The position numbers and the translations under genes are program-made. Shown piece by piece: positions 24,347 to 36,063 of a stretch of DNA of 64,000 nt. Positions within the stretch are counted from its first letter, which is position 1. Every line of letters begins with the position of its first letter. The notes beneath the pieces were generated by a model that saw nothing but the letters and a program-made list of their open reading frames with translations, was not told the origin of the DNA and ran no database searches. Source of the stretch: Lepidodermella squamata (Eukaryota > Animalia > Gastrotricha); the NCBI GenBank assembly GCA_047495785.1, contig JBLDXI010000024.1:2108001-2172000 (forward strand), written 5' to 3'.

Positions 24347-25140
24347 TGATTGAATGCTGCTGCTGTAGTTACTTGCTCCGCCTTATTTGCTGAGATGTGC
24401 CTTTCGTCGTCGTCGTCGTAGTCGTTTTCTTTCGCTCGGCGGCGTCAGATAATGCTGTGTTTTTCTCAGCCGGCGCGCCGCTCGCGGTAGAACAAATTAG
24501 CCTATACAGTCGTCACAGCCGCAGACCGACAGCCTGGATGCTTGCTTGCTCGCTCGTTCGCTGAAATTTTCTACAATTCGGTGTTGTGGTTGTGGCCTGA
24601 TTCTACGACTCGACCCGATATTCGAATTGCAACAATATTTAATGAAAAAATTCGACTATTTTTAGAAAAAATGAAGTGAAGTTGAGAAAGAAATCAGGTC
24701 AAATATTGAGCAAGGCAAAAATCAATGACTAACTCTTTGATTCCGCCTGAAATAATTAGCCTTTACCTCAAGCTAAAATCTCAAGTAAATGATTGGATGG
24801 CTGGTAAGGTGTAAAAAATTGAAAAATAATCGGCAGAAGGCGCCAATTTGTTTTTCTAATAATTTTCTAATAATTTATATTTTTCTAATTTTTACTAGTA
24901 AAAGCAAATAGATATTATGGGCCGAAGCTACAAAATATATACGATATGAAACATGTGAAATCAATCCCGGAGCCAAGTTTTTCTCAAGATTTCATAATAG
25001 AAGTAGTATTTGACAATTGCTTTCTGGGAATATCCTATATCGATAATCAATTTTACCAATATCCAAGGCTTTCAGCCATTAATGAGCTATATCATCTGAT
25101 TTTGACCTTTTGAAGCGATAACGTCATTAAACATTATCTC

Positions 25141-25224
25141 GTCAGGATGGCCGAGCGGTCTAAGGCGCCAGACTCAAGATCTGGTCCTCGAAAGAGGGCG
25201 TGGGTTCGAACCCCACTTCTGACA
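25141..25224 (+). tRNA. tRNA-Leu(CAA), intronless
   Basis: Full cloverleaf followed by CCATTTTT. Confidence 0.93.
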
Positions 25225-25308
25225 CCATTTTTCGCATTTTTCCAACAATTTTTTGTTAATTAAGTTTTACAAAAAATAGAGCGATCAGTTCTTGAAAAAA
25301 GTGCCAAC

Positions 25309-25380
25309 TGGAGGCATCGGGGATTGAACCCGAGACCTTCACAATGCGAATGAGACGCTCTACCACTGAGCTATGCCCCC
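25309..25380 (-). tRNA. tRNA-Ala(CGC)
   Basis: Identical to the other Ala copies. Confidence 0.92.
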
Positions 25381-27285
25381 TAGGCTACAAGATACGAATT
25401 AAATGGTAACCATAAACCATAAGTATCACAAGTTCAAGCCTGAAGCACCCTAAATTCAAGGTTCCAGCGCTAATTTAGAGGCGCAAGCATATATTTTTTT
25501 TCGAATATCACTTTTCCCCTAGAATGTCCTTTAGAGGCTTTGTACCTATTGGAATGTACTTTACAGGCTTAAGAGCGATAGTTCAGTCATGAAATTAGGA
25601 ATATTTTTTCCCCTTGCCTAATAATTGTTTGCGAGGGTTTGTTGAAATGTTTTAGGGTTGTTTTTGGTTAGGGCACGTCGAAACGACTCAACAGTAGTTT
25701 AAAGCTTAAACCATCAAGCTAAGGAATAATGAGTTTGATTTTCGGCCAAGCAGCTGCCTAGAAATTCATGGGTTGACAATTTCCCCCTGAAAATGTGTTT
25801 ATGGTTCGAAGATAATATCGAGAGTTTAAATTAATTCGCCAGATTATAGCTATATCGATAATCATAATAATTTGGCAGAAGTTTTGGCGGTGAGCCGACT
25901 AGGTTTGAATAAAGTAATAGGATTGCTATTAAAGCCTAATATGGGCCAGTAATATTTTTCTTAAAATCGATAAGTTAATTGTGACCTATACTTAAAGACA
26001 GGAAACTTGGGTTACTTGGGTTAAATCATCTGATTCGACAAAAAAATATCGCACCTTTAGATTATTTCCGATTACGCTACGCCGTTTCTTTCGGAAACAC
26101 AGACTTCGGTCTATTAACTAATGGGCCTATATAACCTCTACATCAATTTGTATAATGAAAATAAAATCCTAGAAAATGTAACTTTTGTCCAAGGTATAGG
26201 CTAAATATAGCTGGAAAGATCGTCTGTATAGTATTAAATTTTATATATTCGAAATTGTTGATTCTTGTTTGCTGTAAAAAACACCGACATGTTTGATAGC
26301 GGGAATGACTATATACATGGCGGAATTCTTCATTTTACGAATGATATATACAAAAATAATTGCGTCTATAGCCGAAAGCGGGCGTGAATTTATTGGCAAA
26401 ACGCGATTTGAGAAGATGTTTACCTAGATCTACGCGCGTTACTTCAAATCAAAAATTGTCTCTATTGAAGCTCAAAATTCGCAACGTAAATTAATTCAAC
26501 TATTTTAGATTATAAAAATGCTGTAAAATCTGAAAAATATCGTTCGAAGTTGCTGCAAAATGGCGGAGTTGAGATGATATTATAAACGCGACTCTATATA
26601 AATCGAAATATTCTCGTGATAGTCACCCGATAATTAGCCGTATAAGTCAGCCTTAGGACTTGAATATTGAATGGCTGATTTTCTTAGCCGATGGCTAGCT
26701 TTGAGATAATCATCATTTTGAGCTAGCGAAAAAACTGTCTCGAATAATGAGAGGCCCCGGAATAATGTAATAATAATAGAATTTCGGCGTCGGTCGCTGC
26801 TGGTATGCTGGTACGGCAACATCAACAATTGGGCGGCATTTTTCATGACGATTTTTCTCCGAGTTTTAGACAATGGAGAAGGACCGCGCGGCGCCCAGAG
26901 AGCACTTTGCCGGGCGCGGCGTGGCTATACATCATGATGTACGTATAAGAAGTCATTTGCATAACCGATAATTTACTAACTGTTGCGTCTCAAATAAAAT
27001 ATAAAGTAATAGGATGATATTCATCGTGTTGTGTGTGTTTTAACAATGCGGCGCCGATAAATTTTTGGCGCCGTGTTATATTATTACTCGCCTCGATGCT
27101 CGTTTTGTTTTTCATCACGTTATATGTAATATATGATGGCATTGTTCTTTTTGTAGCCAATTCTTGGCTCATATTAGAGACCCGAAAAATGCGATTCCAA
27201 AATTGAAAAAATGAGTCAATTACGAATATCCAGTATATTAAAGATCAATGATTATAATGAGAATTTTCAAATTTCAGATAAAGAA

Positions 27286-27454
27286 TTCGGCAGACAGCCA
27301 TAACAGCAAATACCCAAAACAGCAAACGCGACAAAACAGCAAAGAATTGCTATGTATAAGATGAATTGTGTTTAGCTGTTATGGCACATAGAAAAATTAG
27401 CTGTTTTGTCGCTTTCGCTGTTCCGCGCCATAGCTGTTTTGGCACCCTGCCGAA
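27286..27454. mobile_element. Short MITE-like element
   Basis: Inverted ends TTCGGCAG..GCCATAACAGC and GCTGTTTTGGC..CTGCCGAA; internal AAAACAGC/GCTGTTTT subrepeats. Confidence 0.6.
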
Positions 27455-27519
27455 AATTCAGAATTAATGTTGGAAATTTGGAAACTCAAGTACTGAGAGA
27501 ATATTCCATCCTTTATAAG

Positions 27520-27625
27520 CGGTTTAACCGAAGAAATAAAAAATTTAACGTTGAAACTTGGAAAACCCCGATGGTAACTGGTTCGGTAATTTCCGGTGTT
27601 TTACCCGGTTGGACCGAATTCCCCC
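27520..27625 (-). repeat. Dispersed repeat of about 100 bp (ACCGAAAATTACCGAACCAGTTACCATCGGG family)
   Basis: Reverse complement of 34795-34901; other copies near 34945-35035, 61630-61700, 18950-19000 and 21830-21880. Confidence 0.75.
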
Positions 27626-28018
27626 GGAATTAAATGGAACGCGCTGTATTACGGCACCTCGGCAAATTTTCTCAAATTTATGTATCCCACTTTCATTTTT
27701 GAAATTTTGAAAATTTCGAATATTCAAGTAGCTCAAAACAGAATTGAATTGTCGGCAATTTTTTTATGGATTCTCAGAGTTTATCTTCGAATAAAAATTG
27801 GAAATCGAAAAATTGGAAATCGAATAAAAATTCGAATAAAAATTTCAAAATTGGTCATCGATAGTGAAAGACAATTTTTTTTAATCAATGATTAGGGCGT
27901 GAATTTCACGTTCAAACTGGCATAAAAAAATCGATCACGGGTCAATTTTTTCGAAGCTTGTGCTGAATAAAATTATCCACGCCCTGCTCATGAGGGTTTG
28001 AACTTAATAAAATAAAGA

Positions 28019-29218
28019 ATGAATTTACGTTATCATTGCAAAAATGTTCCGTTGATTGTTACAATCATCATCCTAACAGTTTTAAATTATTTGAACTTAT
28101 ACGCATTTAATCATGTAAAATTGCATGATCCATGGAGCAATGCTCCATCGCTAACAATCTTGATTCGCATGTACCACAGATCGGTGGCTGAGTACTGGCA
28201 AGTTTTCGCACCTTCCTACATGCTATTCTGGCCGGCAAAGCACTGGAAGAACTCCAAATTGCTCCTTGTTTTCGATAAAGAATCGAACAAAGACCACGCA
28301 GCTGCGACCATTCTATCTCTTTTGCCGCCATTTCCTGAGGTCAAGTTCGAAAAATTCCCTCGAAAAGTGACACTCTGCTCGAAATGGAGGCGTATTGGCT
28401 ACTCGCGGCAGATCTTCTCGAATTTCTACAGCGATCAACTGGCAGATTCGGAGTATATCGGCATCGCTGATACTGACACATTCTTCGCGACAAAGGTTAT
28501 ACCTGAAGATTTGTTCGAAAATGGGAAGCCGAGAATTATTGGCTACAACGCATGCTGTGTTGGCTGGGAGAAAACGGCTGCGACAATAAGTAATGGCAAA
28601 AGTTATGGGGAATTTATGATCGTCCTCGGGTTCCCGTTCATCGTTAAAAGGTCCCACTTTGCCCCGTTTCGGGAGCATGTGAAAGCTGTTTATAACTCAA
28701 CATTCGAACAGGCTTTTAACAGCATTTGTTCGAAGTTTCCGGAGTACACTCAATTTGACCTTTTAGCTTACTACCTATTCATGCATCATCGCGATGAGTA
28801 TAGCTGGCATATTCGAGACAACAAAGATGCCGGCAATCCTCATTTCACCAAAGGCAGAATGACCGATGATCCTGAGGTGTTAGCCCGATCGTCGCCGAAA
28901 ATTGGCGTGATGAAGAATGCTGGCCATGTCGGGGTTGAACGTACCCCGTTCGTTTTGTACGATTACCTCTGCGTTGGTTCGAATTTTACAGCTGGGTCTT
29001 GCCCTCGTGAACCGGCTAACTACAGAGAAGCGATATCGAATTCGGTTGAGTACAATTTGGTGACGTCGTTTCTGGTGCCAAATGCTTACTGGTGGAAGAG
29101 GCGCATGCCGAAACTGGCCATGCTGCGCCGTCCTCTCGAAAAAAGGCCACACAATGCCGACGCCCTGTTCAAGGAACGTAAATTTGCTCTTGAAAAATAC
29201 GCGGGATCTTGGACATAA
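28019..29218 (+). CDS. Type II membrane GT-A glycosyltransferase-like protein (DUF6492-like), paralog 3
   Basis: Intronless 399 aa; long near-identical stretches shared with 2243; IADTD DxD motif. Confidence 0.75.
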   Translation: MNLRYHCKNVPLIVTIIILTVLNYLNLYAFNHVKLHDPWSNAPSLTILIRMYHRSVAEYWQVFAPSYMLFWPAKHWKNSKLLLVFDKESNKDHAAATILSLLPPFPEVKFEKFPRKVTLCSKWRRIGYSRQIFSNFYSDQLADSEYIGIADTDTFFATKVIPEDLFENGKPRIIGYNACCVGWEKTAATISNGKSYGEFMIVLGFPFIVKRSHFAPFREHVKAVYNSTFEQAFNSICSKFPEYTQFDLLAYYLFMHHRDEYSWHIRDNKDAGNPHFTKGRMTDDPEVLARSSPKIGVMKNAGHVGVERTPFVLYDYLCVGSNFTAGSCPREPANYREAISNSVEYNLVTSFLVPNAYWWKRRMPKLAMLRRPLEKRPHNADALFKERKFALEKYAGSWT

Positions 29219-29778
29219 TGAATTATGAATAAAATTATAGAATTTTTGTTACAATTGTTTTTTTTTGTAAAAGCTCATAAAAAAGAAAGGCGCCAATGTT
29301 CAATGGCGTAAATATTTTTAAAGATACCTAAATACAAATTCCGGGGTAGTTGACGTTTTAAGCGCCATTTTCAAGGTCAAAGTCCGACATGTGGGTCCAA
29401 ATATTGGATCCAGATTTTAGACCCAGATACTGGCTCTAAGCATTTAACTCACAAATCTGGATCCAATCTGGATCTAAATCCTGGAGATCGGGTCACTTAT
29501 TTGAACTTGAAGTGCTATTTGATAAGACAATGTTTTTCGAAGTCTGAAACTTCATTTTCTTAAATTCTGCTTTCGAGCTAAGGTATAATTCCTAATTTTC
29601 CGGCAATTTATTGTTCGTATTTTTCCATTTTGACCTGATTTTAATTGGGTCAATAAATAATTGATGGGTGATTTTTTATGAGTGAAAAAAATTAAATGGC
29701 ATAAAATTCTCCGTAATTTTTTGAGAATTAGGAAGGCAAAATCTTTTTTATTCTCTAAATTTAGAAAATTATGAAAAA

Positions 29779-31255
29779 TCAATGGTATGTAGCTAATTTA
29801 TTGAAATATTTAGAAAATACGCAAAATAAGCAAGTCTCAGCTGACTGTTTATGCTCAATTTTGCCGAAGATTGCCGCTGCTATGCCGCTCATTTTAACAG
29901 GGTGACCAAATAAAAAGCGATGCGTGTCGTAAATGTCCCAAATATCGTGCCGACCAGCTGTACCATTTATTTTCTAAAATTGAAAATAATTTAAATTTGA
30001 CGCAATTCATCGCAGTAATAAGTCGACTCACAAAATGCCTACTCCAACCTCGGCTGTCAATAATGCCGAACGAGCCGTGTTCCAGACATCCGTGAAAAGC
30101 TAAAGCGACAGAATTTTCCTGCCAAACTCGATGTTTCCTCGCAAAAGCAAACATAGGCAAGACTACCGAGAAATCACGTCTGGCCACGTAAAATATATCA
30201 GCAAGACCTCCGAAAACACGCCGATTGCCTTTCATATTTTTCCGAAAATTAATTGAGCAGATTTTAATTGAGGAATTTCTCTTCGATTCGTAAGATAAAT
30301 GCTGTAAATCATAAAAAAAATTCAAAATTACTGGATATTTTTTAAATTATACCTGTAACATGCTGAGTACAGGAAGTTGGTGAGTCATAGCAAGGGTCCA
30401 AGGATTTACATGGCTGCAAGTCCTATTGTCGATTGGCCCATCGCTTCGATCGCCAAAGTACAAATCAGTTTGATTGTTACAACTTCTCAGGGTGTCTACA
30501 TCGTAAACAACCATCCATGGCATCACGTGACTACGAGTCAAGTCATATTTTTCAGATTCGATCAGTAGCTTCCATAGATGGAACATCACATCGTCATGCA
30601 TGAGCCAAATACCCTCGACACGCTTGAATAGCTCAGGTCGTTCATTTTCGACGGTTTTAATGGCTAAATTAACGCAGTAACTAGTCGCCTCACCCGCCCC
30701 AGGTACAAAGGGTGCCTTTCCTTCGTCGTAGCTCAGGTAATAAGGCCCCATTTCCGAGGCTATTTCATCACCCCATAGAGTCGCGATTTGACTTTCGAAG
30801 ATTTTACCGTCATTTGTCGATCCGCAAAATCGAATGTCAGCGAAAAATGGCCCGTAAAGAGCTAATAGGAGAGGAGCATGTTCGAACGCGTTGAAATTGA
30901 AAGGAATGACTAGAAGAATTGATTGGCGTAATTTTGTCGCAATTTCCGCCAGTATTTTTTCATCACCGAAATTCGGCGGCAAGTGGCGATGTTCATAAGA
31001 ACAATTAGAGGTTATTGATTCGTTGCAAAATGAGTCGATAATTCCGCCAATTCGAGGTAAAATATCCAGAAGAGTGTAATTTCTGGTCTGGTTTAGGCCA
31101 GCAGTCTCCTCAACTTCGACTTTTTCGTCAGATTTCGGCGGAATAGGACGAATAACTGCGGATTTGGGCGATATTAGGCCAATAAAAATCGGGTAAAGTG
31201 AGAGGCAGAAAGCGATCGAGACGAAAATTGATTTTCGAATAAAAGAGCTAACCAT
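29779..31255 (-). CDS. STELLO C-terminal-domain-like glycosyltransferase, paralog 2
   Basis: Exons 31255-30353, 30301-30032, 29973-29779; GIWLMHDDVMFHLW, GLADIFYV, FLFGHPVK; same intron positions as paralog 1. Confidence 0.75.
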
Positions 31256-32301
31256 AATTTTTGCACAGCCATCAGAAGCTACTACAAATTTTATTTATTT
31301 TATTTCTTTTTCACCTGTCAATGAGTAAGAATCCTAGCCTTATTGAGACTTATTGAGCCAACTTTCTTCATTCATCCATTCATAAATAGCCAATGCAGTC
31401 CCATTGATTTTCCAAAGAAATGGATGACGAGCAAATTTTCAAAATTCAAATTTTATTCGTTTAATTGTTATTTTATCATTTTTCATCACAGGACCCCAGT
31501 TTCAACCATTAATAAGCTGAGTTTGAAAATGCAAATTTTATTCGTTTTTTCATTTTTTTTATGAAAATTAAATGCGTCTGAAGTTGAGACAAAATTACAG
31601 CCGAAAGCTGTATCGTTTCCGGCCGAAGGCTATCGAAGGCATTTTTGATAAATTCAATTTTCATATTTTATTTATGCATCCAATATCGATTTTTTTTATG
31701 CCAATCGCAATATTGCGCCTTCCTCCTCTCTCACACCATCGGAAATTGTTGCTAATTTAGCCCCGTAATTTTTTACGTCCAGGAATATAGCTCCTCTCAA
31801 GCTATATCGAGTTCTTTTCCTGATTCAGATTTTTCACAAATATTCTTGCCTATAATTTTTGGTCGTACACCAGCGTCGTCGATAATTATTGCGCCCGCTC
31901 ACTCGCACTCGCGCGCGCGGTGATAAAGACGAGAGGATAGGAAATCTGTCTTCTCATTACACACAATAATATTTTGCTTTAGATAGCGAAGGCATGCATG
32001 CCACTCAGCACCACATACTATACAACAATGAAGGAGAAAAATAATTCAATATTTATTATTGATATGAATATGACAGACAGTTGGCTGGTGGTGTGTAGTA
32101 TGCAATTTTAGAATATAAAATCAGGCGCGAATGTTGTGTTTTATTAACCATAAATAAATAACTGCAAAAATACACCGGCAAGCCTATTTTGATTTTTATA
32201 TAATAGTATCTCAAGAACCAAATCGAGCGTATTATTTTTCCTTGAAATTTCAAATTAATATTTTTTCCATGAAAATTAGGCATCCTTCACGTGACCATCG
32301 C

Positions 32302-33742
32302 ATGCGATTTAGTCGCTTCACCCGGATTTTTTTCTTCTTCGCTGTTATAATAGCCGTAATTTACGGGTTGCTACTGACTGTATCAACACGCCGGTTAAAA
32401 TACCGCATCAAAACCGCCCATACACGGGGCTATCCTGATTTCTACGATTCAGAAACCGAAAATTGGTACGACTTCAAAAAATTCCGGAATAATTCGACTA
32501 CGGCAAATGAAATCGACATTGAAAGTCAGGTTTCGGCAATCGTGGCCGCTTTCAACGATAAATACGTCGCGAATGTCCGTAACTGGGTCACGCAGTTGTT
32601 GTCACGTGACTCGGAGGTGATAAATCGTGCGCGCAATAGCTATCACGTTATTCAATACCGATGCGATTCGCAGTTCAAATGCGGCGATTTTAGCCAACGA
32701 CTTCGCGGTCTAGTTGCCGTATTCTACCTCGCCCTACTCAGTGGCGATTCAATTTTCGACATTCAATGGCTGCACCCGGATAGCCTTGATCGGTATTTTT
32801 CGATAAATGCCGATTTCTACGGATTTTCGAGAGATGAAAATCAACTGGAGAAAGCGTTATACGACCGGCAAGATCTCAGTTTTTATGACTGCAGTTTTGT
32901 CGATGATAATCGAAAAATTGAACGCGAATTTATTGCTTTCACTAAGCTCATTAAACGCCATGTGATGACACGGTTACGCCTCAATTCACTGCTGCCTTTA
33001 CAAATCATGCGACAACATTCGAGCTTTCAAACTCAAATCAGGTAGAAAATAAAAATCCTCCTTAATTAATAAAAAAATAATTAAGAATTTATTTAGGGAC
33101 TACAATTTAAAGGAGGTGCCTTTCAATGCCTGGATTTCTGCGGCTCTTCGGTTCATTTTTTCTAATCCTTCGCCTAAAATCTCGCACGAAGTCGACAGAA
33201 CAATCGAAAAAATTGCTCAAAATTCTGCGGAAAAATTCATAAAAATCGGCGTCTATTTTCGTCCCAGCGATAATTTGTTTGAAATTGATTGCTACGCCTC
33301 AGAGGTTCATCAAATTGTTGCGGAAATTTCGAAAGGAGCGAAAGAATCTGCATTGAAATTCGCCCTTTACGTTATTGTCAAGTCGGCGGCTTTGACGGAT
33401 CAATTTCTCTCAAAATTCAACGATATCGTGAGAAATTCCCAGATTTCGAACCTCGTAGATATTTATCCGGCAGAAGGTCATGATAACCGAACGGAAAAAG
33501 AGGATGACGAAGAGGATGAGGAGTCTTTTTCAAACGACTCAGAGAAGAATTCGGCTCTTTTTGTGGACTGGCTAGTTCTGACGAAAATGGACCGGCTGGT
33601 TATAGGCGGCAGTAGTGGTTTCGGCGAAATGGCTGCCCTTTTCTCGCTCAAGCCAACACGCCGATTCCGATCGGTAAATATCGGAAATGTAACGCAAGCG
33701 TGTGATTTCGAAGACTTTAGAACAATCGATCTTAAAACATGA
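32302..33742 (+). CDS. Fucosyltransferase-like GT-B protein (FUT8/NodZ/O-FucT-like), paralog 1
   Basis: Exons 32302-33041 and 33097-33742; TM anchor; YRC..KCGDFSQRLRGLVAVFYLALL, IGVYFRPSD, DWLVLTKMD..GSSGFG match the FucT motifs. Confidence 0.7.
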
Positions 33743-33878
33743 TTTATTCTATTGATTTTGAAGAAATAAATTGTTATTGTTTTTCGAAAAAAATATCGCG
33801 TGGTCAGAAGCACGCGATTCGAATTTTAACGCAATTTTTCTAGTTTCATTCATTTCAAAGATTTTTGTTTCCGAAAAA

Positions 33879-35822
33879 ATGACTCCGAGGAATAACCAAT
33901 TTCTATCGCAAAATCCGGCTTTCAAAAAATGCCTGATAATTATTGCCTGGGCTTTGGCGACCTTTTACTGCCACAATTATGGCAATCAAATTTTTGCAGC
34001 AGTTCGTCACGCTCTGTTGGATTCGACCGATGTGGTGCCGCCATGTCGAGATAGCGTAATTTTGTTCAGCGTATTACTGCTCACCCTGTTTCAAATCGGA
34101 CTCGGTGGAATTTTACTCGCTCAAATCGAAAATCTGGTGAAATTTTGGCGCGAGTTACGCTTGAGTGAACGGCGCAATTTTTTGGCCTCGGAATCGTCGA
34201 TTCTACCGATTTCTGCCTCAATCGAGCCGCGATTCAACAGTTTCTCGGCGCCTTCGACCCCGCACAAGTCGGCGTCATTTGCGACGCTGGTTGACCTGAA
34301 GTCATTCGACCGTGACGATATTACGCATTTCTCACCTCAAACGATTCAGCACAGCTTCTCTGTTTCGGCGCTCAACTCGGCGGATTCGACTAGAATTTCA
34401 CTGAGGTTGCAATGTAACATGGCTTTGATGCATCTCTTCGGCACGCTGGCGACTAATGGAGCAATCGCTTATTCAGGGCCAGTCCTTACTTTTGCGATCA
34501 AATCGATGGAGCCGTTGATTAGCTCGATTATTTCGGCTCTGATTTGGCGCAACTACAACGCAGTTGAGATGCGTGGGTTATGTCTGCTGCCGGTCATGAT
34601 GTAAGAAAAATTTACATTATAATATACATCGGGTCCCTCGAGGAACACAAGCAAAGAAAATACACGGAAAAAGGTTCAGAAACTCTAAAATGAGTGGCCA
34701 AGTCACATCTCATGGCCAGAAAATTGTTAAACAAAATTCAAAAAATCACGGGAATAGTAATCAGTGTGGCTCTTTTTATGGGATTTCAAACTCCCGGAGA
34801 AGTTTGCTCCAACCGGGTAAAATACCGAAAAATACCAAACCAGTTACCATCGGGTTTTCCCGGTTTTCTCAGGAAATATTTTATTTCTTCGGTTAAATCG
34901 GTTAATAAAGCATTTAACTTGTTAATGTGATTAAAAAGATCCGGAGAAATTGGGTAAAACCGGTTAAAATACCGAAAATTACCGAACCAGTTACCATCGG
35001 GTTTTTCCGGGTTTTCTCCGGGAAATTTCGGGTAAATCGTGGATGAAAGGTGAAATATTCACTCGGTAGGTTAATTTAAAAAAGTAGCTGCATTTCCTAA
35101 AAACAAATTGCAAAATTTTTTAAAATAGTTGCGAAATTAATTGGTTATTTATAAGTTATTTATTAAATTATTATTTTGATGTGAAATCAAAAAATTATCA
35201 TTAATTTCTGACTAGTTGATTTATTCTTTCTCTTAGAATTGGAGCAATCGGAGCAAGTTGCCGTTTGGCTGATCTGACCCTCCCACTTATGGGCGGAATT
35301 GCAATGGCTTTTGCTTCAAACGTTTTCTTCGCATTTCGCGACCTAGCCTTGAAAAAAGCCGCAATTCGCGATGGGCAAAGCTACGCATCGCTCACGTCTC
35401 GTCTCCACATCACCGCGTTGATGTCAGTTTCAGCTATGATGCTGCTGGTCTGGCTGGTCCTAGGTCACGTGACCTATCAACCCAACGTAGCTTTTTACTA
35501 TTTCACAGCTAACGGAGGGTCAGAAGCGTTGGTTAAAAGCGTGCTATCCGGCCTGTTGCATTTCGCGTCTTCTGTCATCGGAATCCTATTAGTCACCCTG
35601 TCGATGGGTTCGAAATCAATTTTCGAAAAAATCAGCCATCAGCCTAATTACTCGATCACGGCGCCGACGGTGTGGCAAAAAACGGCTGGGTTAATTGCTG
35701 GTCTGGCGGTTTTTGCGGCTTTTATTGCCGTCCAAGCGATGAAAAGCCCAATTACATTGCAAAGCCTAGCTTTCGGGCTGATTTACATTATCGGATTCGC
35801 TCTATTTATTTCGAGGCAATAA
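33879..35822 (+). CDS. Triose-phosphate/nucleotide-sugar transporter family protein (SLC35E-like)
   Basis: Exons 33879-34600 and 35237-35822 (phase 2); multi-TM; LTFAIKSMEPL and GIAMAFASNVFFAFRD..KK match TPT-family motifs. Confidence 0.7.
34795..35035 (+). repeat. Two adjacent copies of the ACCGAAAATTACCGAACCAG dispersed repeat (intronic)
   Basis: AAATACCGAAAA(A/T)TACC(A/G)AACCAGTTACCATCGGGTTTT occurs at about 34820 and about 34967. Confidence 0.75.
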
Positions 35823-36063
35823 AACGAGAATTATTGAAGTTGCTATTGACGCATCTTATACCATTGTCTCATAATACAATCAATGGAGCTATTTTAGAGC
35901 TTCCGCTCATGAATATTCATCAAATCAATGCTTGGATCCTATATACAAGTATGATAAGACCAGACATACACATTGAAGTTTTTGCCGCTTGGCACCTGGT
36001 CTGAGCTTTTAAGGCGCACTAGATCTCATAATGAAAAAGATTTATTATTATTACCTATACAAA

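Noticed and set aside
26909-26926. GCCGGGCGCGG resembling the 7SL/SRP RNA 5' end
   Set aside because: Only 11 nt match and no downstream SRP sequence follows.
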